Below, piece by piece: positions 13,101 to 26,500 of a stretch of 64,000 bases of DNA (position 1 is the stretch's first letter; every line of letters begins with the position of its first letter). The stretch spans positions 55,676,001 to 55,740,000 of the forward strand of contig NC_086375.1 in assembly GCF_036588685.1 (NCBI RefSeq), given 5' to 3'. The stretch is from Mytilus trossulus. Its lineage: Eukaryota. The notes beneath the pieces were generated by a model, which was given only the letters and a program-made list of their open reading frames with translations, was not told the DNA's origin and ran no database searches. Both the position numbers and the translations under genes were made by a program.

Positions 13101-14638
13101 GATCCACATTTGCATGCTATAATGCAGAATATTGGTTGAATCCAAACAACCCTACAAATACCACGTCACATGATGACCACATGTCTACTAGAAAGTAAAG
13201 ATGATTCTGAAGGGAGTTAGTACTTACGTATTCTAACTGCTACAGAAAAACACAACTTCACGATATTAAGATATAAAAGTGAATTTGTTGATACACAGTA
13301 TTTTGTGCAATATGCAAACTTACAAGAACGGTTGTTCCAACATGTACAGAATATGCAAAAATAAGAACACGTAATTAATTAAAGAAAGAGAGAATGAAGA
13401 AAACAAACGCTAAAACTATGTTTTCAAAATGAAACTTAATATGAAAAAGTATTTTCCTCTGTTCTTATCAATATAACACCTTCACCGGAAGATACCAAGA
13501 CCGTGTTGATAAATATTAGAAATAATACACGATGGTCTTGAAGTAAAGATTCTAGCTACTGACGTTGTTTATCATCTTAATAACGTGTTATATAGTGTTC
13601 CTTTATTTGCCTTTGTGAATATGAGTTTAATTGTTAATTTATCTTTGGTAAAACCAATTTGAAGTGACTCTGCTCTGCATCTCGTCAGTGTGCTATATGT
13701 ATACACAATGTTAAATTTGTGTATTCTTTGTGCTAATTGGTTATGTCTATATGTCTTTTTGTGTTTCTTTGATGACATATTTGTGTGTAATGTATTAAAG
13801 TATTTCAAACATATGACCACTTTGTTGCGACTGTCATTCTTAACTGTATTATTTTATGTATTTGTTCGATGTTTAATGTAAAATAAAAGTTTCGATTCTT
13901 TTGTTCATATGCAATAATAATATAAGCAACATAAATTAAGATTCCAAAATGCACAAATGGTTAATATGTCAAAGAGTTAGTCATAGATCGGGCTATATGT
14001 TGAACTAGGTAAAAAGCTTTTTTCACGCGCGGAAATATAATCGTAAAAAGTGAGGGGGGGGGGGGGGGGGGGGACTGAGGTCGAATTTGTTGTAAAAGGA
14101 GTTGCTTTTTTGTTGTAATTTTTGTGCTGTAAATCCTGCTAAATATCACTACTGGTTGGTATTGTTTGTGAAGTCATATTCATTAATTAGTTGTTGGTCT
14201 GTATAACTAAATTGGTAAATTGACCTTCTGATGAGTTCACAGAGACAAATAATGTCAAAAACAGTGAACACTGTAAGTGTCAATTAACAGGTATATGAAT
14301 CCCATTTAAAAAAAAAATCAGTTAACAACATTACAAATTTTAACAGAACAGACAGTGGGTTGAAAACAGTTAACAGTTGAATTTTATCTCAAATAACAAT
14401 TAACATCACATTGAAAAGGCCAAAACATGTTAACAAAAACAGGTATTTGCTCCCCCGTAAATGTATCTTAAAATCGGGTTATTATTTTTACTAATGACTT
14501 TATTAATAATATTTGTATTATTCCAGGTTATGGCTTGGTTGTTGTTTAATCCCTTTCATCCTGGATGCTTGCAAAGACGTGATCCATACTTGTCCTAGCT
14601 GCCATAAAATGATCGGCCGTTACAACAGGATGAATTGA
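10108..14638 (+). CDS. LITAF: LITAF/SIMPLE-domain protein, paralogue 2 (141 aa, 3 exons)
   Basis: Exons 10108-10177, 11332-11575, 14527-14638 (phases 1 and 2, 426 nt). MSKEQ...NEPPPAYPGNY...FREAPVRTHCQSCGADILTSTHYETGTMTWVVAGVMCIIGLWLGCCLIPFILDACKDVIHTCPSCHKMIGRYNRMN*. Close paralogue of gene 1. Confidence 0.95.
10262..10315 (+). pseudogene. Short Penelope-like RT remnant
   Basis: HFSTRIYDKRDDF matches the conserved PLE RT motif (L/F)xTxIYDKRDDFNF. Confidence 0.55.
10466..10509 (-). ncRNA. Type I hammerhead ribozyme (intact core) in a retrozyme copy
   Basis: The minus strand reads GTGTCA-CTGATGA-GTC ttatgta GAC-GAAA-CGCGCG-TC-TGACGT. The host repeat spans ~10440-11185 and is split by another interspersed repeat at ~10545-10972. 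Confidence 0.9.
11814..12203 (-). mobile_element. Non-LTR retrozyme, approximately full monomer, with hammerhead at 11846-11889
   Basis: Minus strand GCGTCA-CTGATGA-GTC ttatgta GAC-GAAA-CTCGCG-TC-TGACGT. The monomer is ~390 nt including a ~30-nt internal duplication and is homologous to the copies at 10440, 12460, 15368, 27475 and 28880. Confidence 0.85.
12607..12650 (+). ncRNA. Type I hammerhead ribozyme (intact core), sense orientation within LITAF-2 intron 2
   Basis: GCGTCA-CTGATGA(12613-12619)-GTC ttttgta GAC-GAAA(12633-12636)-CGCGCG-TC|TGGCGT, with predicted cleavage after C12644. The retrozyme fragment spans ~12460-12690. Confidence 0.92.
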
Positions 14639-15367
14639 GACCAAGAATTGTGTAATAATTTTTGAATAATAATGTTCAAACTTAGATATATAAATATTTC
14701 AAACAAACCACTGGCTAACCATCCTTTATCATTTACACTTCTAAATATGAATTATAATTATTTATATTGTGCTAATATGTGTTTATATGAGCTATATCAC
14801 AGATTACAGTGAAATATTGCATACATCCCTTGCTCGATGAACTTTTCAAATTATGTTTAATATTGAGTTAAATAAAAGACAGTTCTTCTGATAATGGTTT
14901 GAGAAAATCTTATATTACAATAATGTGTACTTTGATAATATGAATGTGTACATATTTAACTTATTATAATTAAATTGCATTATGTCTATCCAAACACATT
15001 GAATAATGCTTAAACAACCCTATAGACAAGAATTTGATCAAAACCAACGCGTATATACGTTTACCACAAGTAAATATGATAGTTCTATACACTTACATCG
15101 ATATTGTTGTGAGGGATTATAAGTTTGATTTACATGCAGTCATGAATATTGTGCTGACATAAAGGTAACAAAGGAAGTTTGTGGTTATCCGGCATTCCGG
15201 CGTTACTAATATTTAAGATGACACGTATGAGTAGGTAAAAATTGTGCGATGTAGTTTGTACGGGCAAGTTTTTGCAATGCTAAAAATTTGTTTTACAATA
15301 CGCTTAAGAAAAAAAGAAAGACGAAGACCTGCTTAACAGATTATGGAAATGTATGTACGTTAAAGAA

Positions 15368-15630
15368 AAACTCATCATAAGTACCAGGATTAAAATTTTG
15401 TACGGCAGACGCGCGTTTCATCTGCAAAATGCTCATCAGTGACAATCAGATAAAAAAAATCTAAATTAAGAACAAGGTTGAAGAGCATTGAAGACCAAAA
15501 ACACAGAATGTTTCACCAAAAACAGCTAAGATATATTCATGGCCGGGTAAAATGTCCTCAGTTCATCGAAAAATTCAAAGTTTTGTAAACAGTTAATTTA
15601 TAATTATGGCCATGTCAATGATTATTCATG
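15368..15630 (-). mobile_element. Degenerate retrozyme copy (hammerhead 15402-15445, helix II disrupted)
   Basis: Minus strand GTCA-CTGATGA-gcattttgcagat-GAAA-CGCGCG-TC-TGCCGT, with flanks homologous to the family. Confidence 0.75.
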
Positions 15631-16104
15631 AGACTTCATACGAGTATGTATAATCTGGTTACTCTTAAGCTTTAATAGCCTAAAATAGTGTATATACAGT
15701 GTCATTCGGCTTGATACAAGAAGTTGAATGAATTTAAGTGATATGTCATACAACGCTCTTTGCAAGTTAAAATCCTACCAAAAACGTTTTGGAAGGGTTC
15801 ATAGCTTATATGATGTGAGATTTAAGCTTACTATGAATCGATATAACATGTAGTGGGACTCAAAGTTACTTGGTTTGCTTTTGCTTTTTATTGACAGCTC
15901 TGTATAAGAAATTACAACTGTAAGAACAGTTCAAAACTCCACAGTTCAAAACATTCGTTTGATGTGTTTGAGCTTTTGATTTTACAATTTGATTTGGGAC
16001 TTTCCTTTTTTAATTTTTCTCGGAGTTCAGTATTTTAGTGAATTCATTTTTTTTTTCAATTCATACTTCTGTTACATTCCTAGCTTTCGTATTTTTGAGA
16101 TTGA

Positions 16105-16146
16105 GCGTTCCTGATGAGAGTAAATCCAGAAAAATGCTTCGAACGC
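16105..16146 (+). ncRNA. Divergent type I hammerhead-like motif (second family)
   Basis: GCGTTC-CTGATGA-gagtaaatcca-GAAA-aatgc-TTC-GAACGC. Helix I is a perfect 6 bp and the core boxes are present; helices II and III are weak. Confidence 0.55.
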
Positions 16147-17032
16147 ACCAATTTAATTAGATGTTATTGGAGTTTTCTAGTACTGGGTCGATATTGTTGA
16201 GCCGGTAGTCCCTATGGGTATTATCAGTTCAGTATTCAGAACTTTGGTACTGTCTTGAATTATAACATACCATTCCAATATTCTCCCGTGCTATACTTTG
16301 AAATTATTTCTAAAAACTCGCTCTGGTAAAGTATATCTGGGTTTCTGCTTGAAAACGTTAGTGTGTAATTCAAATATTACTGGGTAACTGCTTTGTCCTG
16401 AATGTTGCTTAAATATATTTTGCCTCTCTTTTTGTTTAGTCCAGCTGGTGCTTCGGACAGTTTTTGGTACTTACAGAATGTTAACCTTTCTTGAATTACC
16501 ATCAACACATTTTGATTTATAACGCTACTTTATACACTTTTAGTCAGACAGCTCCTCGTGTATTAGAAGAACTTGTATATATCATTGGCTTTCAATGGGG
16601 GTGTTTGTAATTTTATTGTTTGCGTTCCCATTAATTGTAAATCTAGACGTACCAAATTGATAGAGTGTTATTTTATTTTTCAATAACAACTGGCACATAT
16701 GCATATTACTCTTAAACAATAAATATAATGTGACATTGTCAATTACTTGAGTTGAGTTATTTACACACTGCTTAAATGATGAGAATGTCCCTTTTAAAAC
16801 TAATTTAGTCATTTATTAGTAGAATTGTTACCCTTATATTGTAAAGTACCATTGCTTTTCATCCTCTTCCTGAAATTATTTGCAATATTTCCTAGCTGGA
16901 AATTCCTTCTTAATAAAATAACAACAACAAATAACATGTATATGATATGCATACACTACAAATATTTTCGAGAAAAAAAATTGACGTTGTAATCCACGCC
17001 TTTAAAAGAGAAAAGTATAAACGAACGTAACA

Positions 17033-20000
17033 TTATAATCTTCTATGGTTTGTTGGATCACTACGATGATATTTAGCTATTTTATGATGACAATGTGGAC
17101 AATAATGTGTCACATCTCTACACCTCTGCATGCAAAACGGGAGAAAACAGCAACCAAGTACGCATCTACAATTAGAGGAGTTGGTAGTATATGAGCTAAA
17201 CATAAAATTCTTTAACAAAGGTATCAAAAATTTCTTAATGTAAAAAAAAAAGGAATTACAAGAAATCTTAACATGCGTAAAAATTATATTTCATGTTTGA
17301 TAATTTCGATTTACAACATACAATTTTTACTATGTCATCTTAAAACGAAAAATTATGTTTTTTCCATTCAGTAAGAAATTAAGAAACTAAGGTTCCGTCT
17401 GCCTCATGCATAGTTGATCTTAGATAAATGAGTAGGTCCGGTAAGACCCAATTTAGTCCCCAAAATATAGCAGTTTTACAAAATTGTTAAAATGTGAACT
17501 CTTAGTTATTTATTGGACAGTAGAATGCTTCTGCTACATAAATATGGGTTGTTTTTGTCAATACAATGCATGTATATCGAGTACTAGCACCATTAAGTCA
17601 CGCTAAATTACTGAAATCTTCACAATTCTAGCATTTAAGTTTAAAAAGTTTAAACGGTTTTCGTGTAAAACGAAAGGGGCCACATTCGTGTTCATCCTTA
17701 ATATTGAAAATTGACTTGTATTTTATGATAATACATCATATATATAAAGGTTTTGAATGAACACGGATTCGGCCACTTTCATTTTTGACAAAAACAATCT
17801 GAAAAGTTACATTTTTCGACATATTTGGTAGATTTTTCATATTTGAGCTTGAATCGGATCGTTTTTAATGACTAAATCAGTTAAAATCTTTCACATAAAC
17901 TAACTGATTCAAACGAAATAGACACTTAAATGTTTAAAAAGAGGTCAAAATCTTTCGTCAGATGAACCTGAAATTTGAAGCTAAAATCGGTCCTTACCGG
18001 ACCTACTCCTTTTGGTCTTTATTGTATGTCCCATTTGAGCCCTATTTGAGTTTCCAACTTTAAAATTTGGTGTAGATGAAAAAAGGTAAATCAAAGGTAT
18101 CAGTTAAATCTAATATTGAACAGTGGTATACTATTATTGCCTTTATAAAGCCAGGTAGCCATTCTGATGCACGAAATTGTTGTTTTTATTCCAACGATTT
18201 TCAAAAAAACCTTACGTGTATACTTTACCTTCAACACTTTTTCTATTCTTACAACAATTGATTTCACATATGAGTCATTTTCAAGCCGAAAATTTGATTT
18301 CATCAAAAGATGCCGGAAGTGTCTTGTAAATACGGCAATTTATTTATTTTTGGTCGAAGCCGATATACGAAAAGAGGCAGCTGCAGACAACAAAATATAC
18401 GGAAGTATAATCGAACAGATAAATAAGAATGGAGTAAACAGTAAACTTTGTGAAACTTCATCACTTTTAAAGGCAGCTTACCCCATTAAAAAGCAGCAAA
18501 TGCACCATGACCAGGTTGTCTCTCCTGGATGAAATATTAACTCTGTCGTTATATGTTTATGACAATGTGGACAAGTCATTTGTTTCGGTTCAAAATTAAC
18601 AAATCTTATATGTAAAGGCACTGATTTTTCATTTGATTTTTCATCCTTGTTTCTGTCTCCGCCTGATAGCTCTGTTGAATGTTTCCGCTTTGCATGCTCT
18701 GTTGAGTGTGGCTGGTGTGTTTGAACGTCAGAAACTTCAAAGGTATTTGGAGGTGGAAGAGATGAATCTAAAAAAGTATAAATTAGAAAAATCTGTTTGA
18801 TTAAATAATGTGTTGATTCCTGAACTGATTCAAAACAATATGCATCAACTTTTAACAGAGTCACAGCATTTCCATGACATGACAGTTCTACAATTCGTTC
18901 AATATCTTTTTTTCAATTTTTTTTTAATATTAAACCCGGTTCTTAGAAAGAAAAAATATTATCACTTATTTTTCTTTGTTAGCTTTAAATAGAAGATTTT
19001 GGCTATTCATAAATGAGATATCAACTCAATAACACAAATAACCAAACCATATCCAAAGGGCAACTCCGAGTTCTCGAAAATCAAATACTAGTAAGCTCAT
19101 AAGACAATTAAAGCACGAAACAATCACTAGTGAAGTCCTTTAAACTGGAAAGCACAAAAGTATGTGGCAGGATAAAACTGTTTTCCTGTTTCTTAACCTT
19201 CTTACAAGATGGACAAAAATTACTTGAAAGAACATGTAGGGGAAGGACAGAAACACTTCATAGATTGATTGAATGCGACGCGCTTTTCTGGATAAACCTT
19301 CATCAGGGACATTCAAACAAAAAAAAACGAAAGCCAAGGAGAATCACTGTGAGGAGAATACGTGAGGAACTGTACGATAAATTTGTTAAAGGTTCATTTT
19401 TCCTGAGGATGTTGTTGGTACCTTAGTTTCATCAAAATATAAAAACTTGTCAACGGATACATTTTATTCCTGTTTTATATTGGGGGGCCTTTTATATCTT
19501 AATGTTCGGTGTGAGCCAGGGCTCCGTGTTAAAGACCGTACCTTGACCTATAATGATTTGCTTTTATAAATTGTGACTTTGATGGAGTGTTGTCTCATTG
19601 GCACTCACACCACATCTTCCTATATTTATTTCATTGGTTTTGTATAGCATCGAAAGTTTTTCCATTACAGTGAAAATAAATTATCAACCCTCCCGTTTTA
19701 ATCTAGATCAGTAGATTAATATATGACTTAAACGTATGCTTAAAACATGAAATGAAAACAAAGCGGAAATAGCACTGAACTCAATGGTATACAAGATGAT
19801 TTACTATCAAGAAGGATGTCCCATCCGCACTATCATTTTCTATGTTCAATGGATCGTAAAAATGGGGTAAAAATTCTAGTTTGGTATTAAAATTAGAAAT
19901 ATCATATCATAGGGAATACGTGTACTAAGTTTTATGTTGATGGGACTTAACTTTTAAAAAAAATATCTCGACCAAAAACTTTTACCTGAAGCGGAACAGA

Positions 20001-20930
20001 CGGAAGAACGAACGAACGAACGGACACACAGACCAGAAAATATAATACCCATAAATGGGACATACATATGATAACAAAACATTATATCGTAATAAATTAT
20101 GCTTGTACTTACTGAAAGCAAGCTCACAGTATTTAACTTGTTTATAAGAAATCAAGCCTTTCTTTATTTAATATTAATTGCTGTTGAAGATACCATACAA
20201 GCAAAGTCATAATGTGTTTAGGTAGACACGAAAGTGTGAAATGCACCGAGGAAATGCATACTAAAGAAACAATTGGGTTTTGCTTCAAAAGTGAAAAATA
20301 AATATTGAGGTTTCAAACAAGAAATTTAAGCCGAACAGGCATTGACATGGCAGTGTATATATAAAACGTTCATGGCTTACATCCAAGTAAACAGTAATTA
20401 TATAAATATTTATTGAATCGGCAATACATTACATATTGTTAGAGGTTTAATTGTTCGGGGTTATTCAATGTTAAATCATATGGCAATGAACTTTGAATGG
20501 TAGAAGATACAAGATCAAAATCAAATGCGTAATTTTAATGCCTTATGTGTGATGAGTTTATTCATTTTTTTATTTTTTTGTTGAAACAAATAAATATATT
20601 AATTTACACTTCACATTTAAATTTTGTTAAGTGATGATTACAATTAGCTTGTCGATATTAAGATCACACACTTTAAATTCGTATGTGGGTCTTTGGGATA
20701 TTCAACGCAAATTAAGCACATTTTTCTCAATTTAATAGGGAAAAAAACGACAAGAAATCGAATAAAAGAATCTGTGAAACAACAACTTGACTTCTATCGT
20801 CAAAAAAAGTAGTGCCCTAAAAATAAGACGAATCTAAAACTATTACTTCCCATTTTCCATATTTTCATTGTCCAATCACATAAACAATATAAGATTGACG
20901 TGTAAACATTAACTTACCAGGTTGGAGCAT
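17033..20930 (-). CDS. LITAF: LITAF/SIMPLE-domain protein, paralogue 3 (~143 aa, 3 exons)
   Basis: Exons 20930-20918 (MLQP, a short first exon and less certain), 18767-18482, 17165-17033, with phases 1 and 2. ...FEPKQMTCPHCHKHITTELIFHPGETTWSWCICCFLMGCVLGCCFLPFCMQRCRDVTHYCPHCHHKIAKYHRS...*. Confidence 0.88.
17428..18011. mobile_element. ~580-bp MITE with TIR (AG)GAGTAGGTCCGGTAAG
   Basis: The terminal inverted repeat is visible. A homologous inverted copy lies at 56761-57340. Confidence 0.8.
19790..20066 (-). mobile_element. Helentron/HINE-like non-autonomous element (same family as 58884, 59212 and 60472)
   Basis: Reverse-complement homology to those copies, including the (GAAC)n microsatellite and the CAGACCAGAAAA segment. 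Confidence 0.7.
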
Positions 20931-23571
20931 ATTTATCACTTTTTAAACAGTAATATTTTATGAATGCATATATGTGTGTCACCTTCTTATGTGTTTATAA
21001 ACATATCGCAACCAACTTCACCGTACTGGGCATTTAAACATACATGCTATTACATGAAAAATTTACGATGTAAAATAATATAGATTGATTTAATAAAAAT
21101 CGATCATATAGATAGTTTTACAATGTCATCGAGTTTTTTTCTTCATCATCATGATAACGAAGTGTTATTGACTTACAGACCTTTAGTTTGTATTCATTGT
21201 GATATGTTGCTATCTAAAGCATTTTAGAAATGAAAATGTTTTCTTCCTCAATCACTGTATTTATTCCTTTATTCTACAAGTCTCATCTGAAATAAACGAA
21301 TTAGGAAGAAAAACAATATCAAATTCATTTATTAGTCCTTAACAATAAATTCAAACAGTTTCTTATTTGATAAAGATTTATGAAGTGGTTTGCTTAACGT
21401 CTACTGTCAAATATTGTCACTATATTCGAGTCAAGAATAAATTGGTGGTGCATGCTGTCAATGTTTATGAAAGATGTTCGTTCAGCGGTATGCATGTTGT
21501 GTCAACTATTATATTATTTGTTGCCTTTCTCTCTGATGAGTTTTCTTGCATGTATTTGTGCTGTATTTATTTCAAGTATTTATGTCATTTTAGCGTTATT
21601 TGAATTGTTTACATTGCCATATACACGGGATGTTTGGCTTGTCCAAAACACAGATTCAGTCCACCGCGTGTTCATAGAATGGAATGTACCAAGTCAGGAA
21701 TATGACAGGTTTTTTTTTATTTAGTTTGTTTTTATGTATGTTAGCGTTTGTTGTTGATGAACCTCATGGTTCTTGTTGTTTTTTTGTGGAAACACATCTT
21801 ATAGTTGCTGTGTTTCCATCAGTTTTAGTTTGTTTTTAAAAGTAGGAAACCCGGATTTGTTTCCTAACAATCTATTATGACTTATGGACAGCCGTAAGTT
21901 ACTCACTGCAGTCACTGGGATAAAGCTAATGACCGTAACTGCGTTACTGTCATCCCAAGATGTCGGATGAAAAATTAGGTCAGTATTTGTATAACCTGTT
22001 TAGGTGTTTCTATATCATTTTCTTTACAAAGCATACATTGGTACGATGTAAAGTTATAAAAGATTCACACGGAAATCACAAATTACTACCGAGAAATATG
22101 TATTAACAGGAAATTGGATTTGAAAAAATCGCTAAGATGACCGTAAATCATAATCGAGATGATCGCAACAGGATCAGCGATTCATAACAAGGGTGACGGC
22201 GTAAGTGGTTAAAAGATGACCGCTTATTTTTAAAGGATGACCGTTACTTTTAAAGGATGACCGTCTATTTTTTAGAAAAAATATCCATATATCCAAAGGT
22301 TTTTGGTGAGTTTGTCTCAATAGGGACTCTGTTAGAGGATATAAATATATTTACTCAATTTCCTATTTGCCGTATTTTGAGTTTATGACAATGATAGTAG
22401 ATTGCATATTTCTCGTAAATAATTAAATATTTATTGATAACGACATTAGAATTTGAATACAAATTGACAGCGATACGACGAAAAGTTGAAAAAAACCATT
22501 ATTTAAACATATGAATATCCAGCAATCGAGCCCATGTGTATGGTTTCAGAGGAAGCACATTATAATCTTAAAATCTGCCAAAAAAAACCAACATTCCCTC
22601 GACAAAACCGGATCCGATGGAACTGCAAAATTTATTATGCATTCAGTTGGTTTTACTGGTATGTTTTCGGCTGATAGTCCTTTAGCTTTATAACCCCTAA
22701 CAAGTTTCTTGATAGTAATCCAGAATGCCAGCGTTTGTAGAACATATCTTGTATATTGTTGACGGAATAAAACTTTCCGAAATCCAGTAACAAATGAAAA
22801 CAACATGTTCAGCAAATATTCCATTCGATATGGATTCAATACGGAAAGGAATTCTTCATATCGCCCTATCTCTTTTAGTTTTGATTCAATATTTGGCGAT
22901 AGTTCATAAATTTAAAAAAAAAAAGAAATGTGGTATGATTGCCAATGAGACAACTCTCCACAAGAAAGAACACTTGCAATGGTGGTTGAAACGATATAAT
23001 GTCAATGGGTGAACATGCTTTGGCATTTTTAAAAAGATGTGTTTATTATATGATATAAATAGGAATCCCAGAAATAAAAACAATCTTTTGGCGTGTACTT
23101 GGAGGCTACATATGGTGGGTGAACTATGTGTGTGTTTCCCCCTCTATACCTTTAGGAGAAGGCATTCTTTATTATACATATATACGTTTTATTTAATGAA
23201 TGGCTATTATCTATTTTGAATTTATTGAACCATCAAACTAATGTTTGACTCTTCACATTGAATAATTCGCGAAGTATATAAAACAAAATAAAAAATCTTT
23301 ATCATAAAATAAAACCCTGGGTAATGAAGCGGAGAAAAACCCAGTTGTTTTTACTTATATACTAATATATTGTTGTTTCATTTCTAAATATTTGTATTTC
23401 AATTAGTAATTGTAGGACAATGTTGATCAAAAGTGATTATAACATAAACCGGTTCATAATTGATCTATATTTATTACAGTTTGTTAATATCAGAGACATA
23501 TATGATAATATTTAAGAAAATAAGTTAAACCTAACTAAATAACAAAACTGAAAAATCTACATGTTTCTGGC

Positions 23572-26500
23572 ATGGAAGTTGAACGCAATGGTAAGTTAAT
23601 TGTCTTTTAGAATTTCAAGGGAATCAAACATTTTCAAGTGTTGAGTGAATATGTAGACGGAGTCTAAACATTTTAGACATGTTATATTTCTGTATTTTCA
23701 GACTTTGGTATTTTTGTCCATCGAAGAGTTTCATTCACAGAAATCCCATCATGCGAAATAATTATATTTTCAAAATATTCAATACATACAAAATGTAGAT
23801 TTTGCAGTTTACATATTATGACATCTTTAAAATATGAAGCAGGAAAATTCGCTTGGTTGATTTGTCTTGCTTTCTTTTTATCGGGGTAAGTTTGACAGAA
23901 ACCTATAAACAGAAACTATGTTTACTTTGTTTTAAAAACCAATTTGAATTCGCTTAATTGTTTATTAGATAAATATTTTAATTCAAGTTATCTTAATTAT
24001 ACAAAATATGTCTCTTAAAGTCAAATACACATCATTGTTTCTTTGAAAATAATACCACATCTCTTTAGTTTTATAAAAAGAAATCAGGAATATTCATTCC
24101 GTTTGAAATGTTTGAATATGGAATATAAAGTTCATGTATATGTTACTTTATTCTATATAAACCTTTTTTCTGTTTTCAACTGCGAGGGCTGAACATCAAA
24201 TACATCTATCCATATAAAGGTATATGAACCTGTTTGGCACGACTTCAGTGGTATCTAAACTTGCTATCTCAATCCATTTGCTTGATAAGAGAGCATCTCC
24301 TCCGACATCATCAGATAGATATCTTCATCTAACTTCGCTTTTCGGGGTTAAAAATTGACACTTTCTGTCATAGAACGATTAACTACAAAACAAAATATAT
24401 AGAATTAAAAAAAAAATATTACAAGTTTTTATTTCGTCGCTTAAATACCCTTATTTTCCAGTGGCAGTAGATATTCCCATCTATTTTCCCGGTCAATTAC
24501 TTAGCAGTGATTACCTACTGTGAATTCATGCAGCGTTTTGCATTTGCGCTGATCTGCATATCATTTGCGCCGATTTTTATTAGCTCACCGGGCCCGAAGG
24601 GCCAAGTGAGCTTTTCTCATCACTTGGCGTCCGTCGTCCGTCGTCCGTCGTTAACTTTTACAGAATCTTCTCCTCTGAAACTACTGGGCCAAATTAAACC
24701 AAACTTGGCCACAATCATCATTGATGTATCTAGTTTAAAATTTGTGTTTTGTTACCCGGCCAATCAACCAAGATGGCCGCCATGGCTAAAAAAGGAACAT
24801 AGGGGTAAAATGCAGTTTTTGGCTTATAACTCAAAAACCAAAGCATTTAGAGCAAATCTGACATGGGGTAAAATTGTTTATCTGGTCAAGATATATCTGC
24901 CCTGAAATTTTTAAATGAATCAGACAATCCCTTGTTGGGTTGCTGCCCCTAAATTGGTAATTTTAAGGAAATTTTACTGTTTTTGGTTATTATCTTGAAT
25001 ATTATTATAGATGGAGATAAACTGTAAACAGCAATAATGTTCAGCAAAGTAAGATTTACAAATAAGTCAAAGGATCAAAATGGTCAGTTGACCCCTTTAG
25101 GAGTTATTGCCCTTTATAGTCAATTTTTAACCTTTTTTCATAAATCTCCATGACCTTTTACAAAAATCTTCTTCTCTGAAACTACCGGGCCAAATTAATC
25201 CAAACTTGGCCACAATCATCATTGATGTATCTAGTTTAAAATTTGTGTTTTGTTACCCGGCCAACAAACCAAGATTGCCGCCATGGCTAAAAATAGAACA
25301 TAGGGGTAAAATGCAGTTTTTGGCTTATAACTCAAAAACTAAAGCATTTAGAGCAAATCTGACATGGGGTGATATTGTTTATCTGGTCAAGATCCGCCCT
25401 GAAATTTTTAGATGAATCAGACAACCCCTTGTTGGGTTGCTGCCCCTAAATTGGTAATTTTAAGGAAATTTTACTGTTTTTGGTTATTATCTTGAATATT
25501 ATTTTAGATGGAGATAAACTGTAAACAGCAATAATCTTCAGCAAAGTAAGATTTACAAATAAGTCAACAGGACCAAAATGGTCAGTTGACCCCTTTAGGA
25601 GTTATTGCCCTTTATAGTCAATTTTTAACCTTTTTTCGTAAATCTCCATGATCTTTTACAAAAATCTTCTTCTCTGAAACTACCTGGCTAAATTAATCCA
25701 AACTTGGCCACAATCATCATTGATGTATCTAGTTTAAAATTTGTGTTTTGTTACCCGGCCAACATACCAAGATGGCCGCCATGGCTAAAAATAGAATATG
25801 GGGGTAAAATGCAGTTTTTGGCTTATAACTCAAAAACCAAAGCATTTAGATCAAATTTGATGAGGGGTTGTTTATCTGGTCAAGATCTATCTGCCCTGAA
25901 ATTTTTAGATGGATCGGACAACTCTTTGTTAGGTTGCTGCCCATATATTGGTAATTTTAAGGAAATTTTGTTGTTTTGGGTTATTATCGTGAATATTATT
26001 ATAGATAGAGATAAACTGTAAACAGCAATAATGTTCAGCAATTTAAGCCTCAAAAATAAGTCAAAATGACCAAAATGGTCAATTGACCCCCTAAGAAGTT
26101 ATTGTCCTTTATAATCAATTTTTAACAATTTTCATAAAATTTGTAAATTTTTACTAACATTTTCCACTGAAACTACACAGACAAGTTCATTATGGATAGA
26201 GATAATTGTAAGCAGCAAGAATGTTCAGTAAAGTAAGATGTACAAACACATCACAATCACCTAAACACAATTTTGTCATGAACTGTCTGCTTCCTTTGTT
26301 TAATTCACATATACCAAGGTGAGCGACACAGGCTCTTTAGAGCCTCTAGTTTTCATTTGCGCCGATTTTTTTTTACAGGTAAATTACAGGTGAACAGATA
26401 TAAGAAGATGTGATATGAGTGCTAATGAGAGAACTCTCCATTTAGTCATGTTATTTTTCGTTCACTTGAGAGGCTCTTTCGTTAGCCACTTGTACAAATT

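Noticed and set aside
12900-13520. Possible decayed LINE fragment in LITAF-2 intron 2
   Set aside because: I could not recover a convincing RT or endonuclease motif by eye.
24507-26021. Three similar ORFs (132, 69 and 105 aa) as a tandem gene family
   Set aside because: They are translations of the 500-bp repeat core, with inconsistent stops and no domain.
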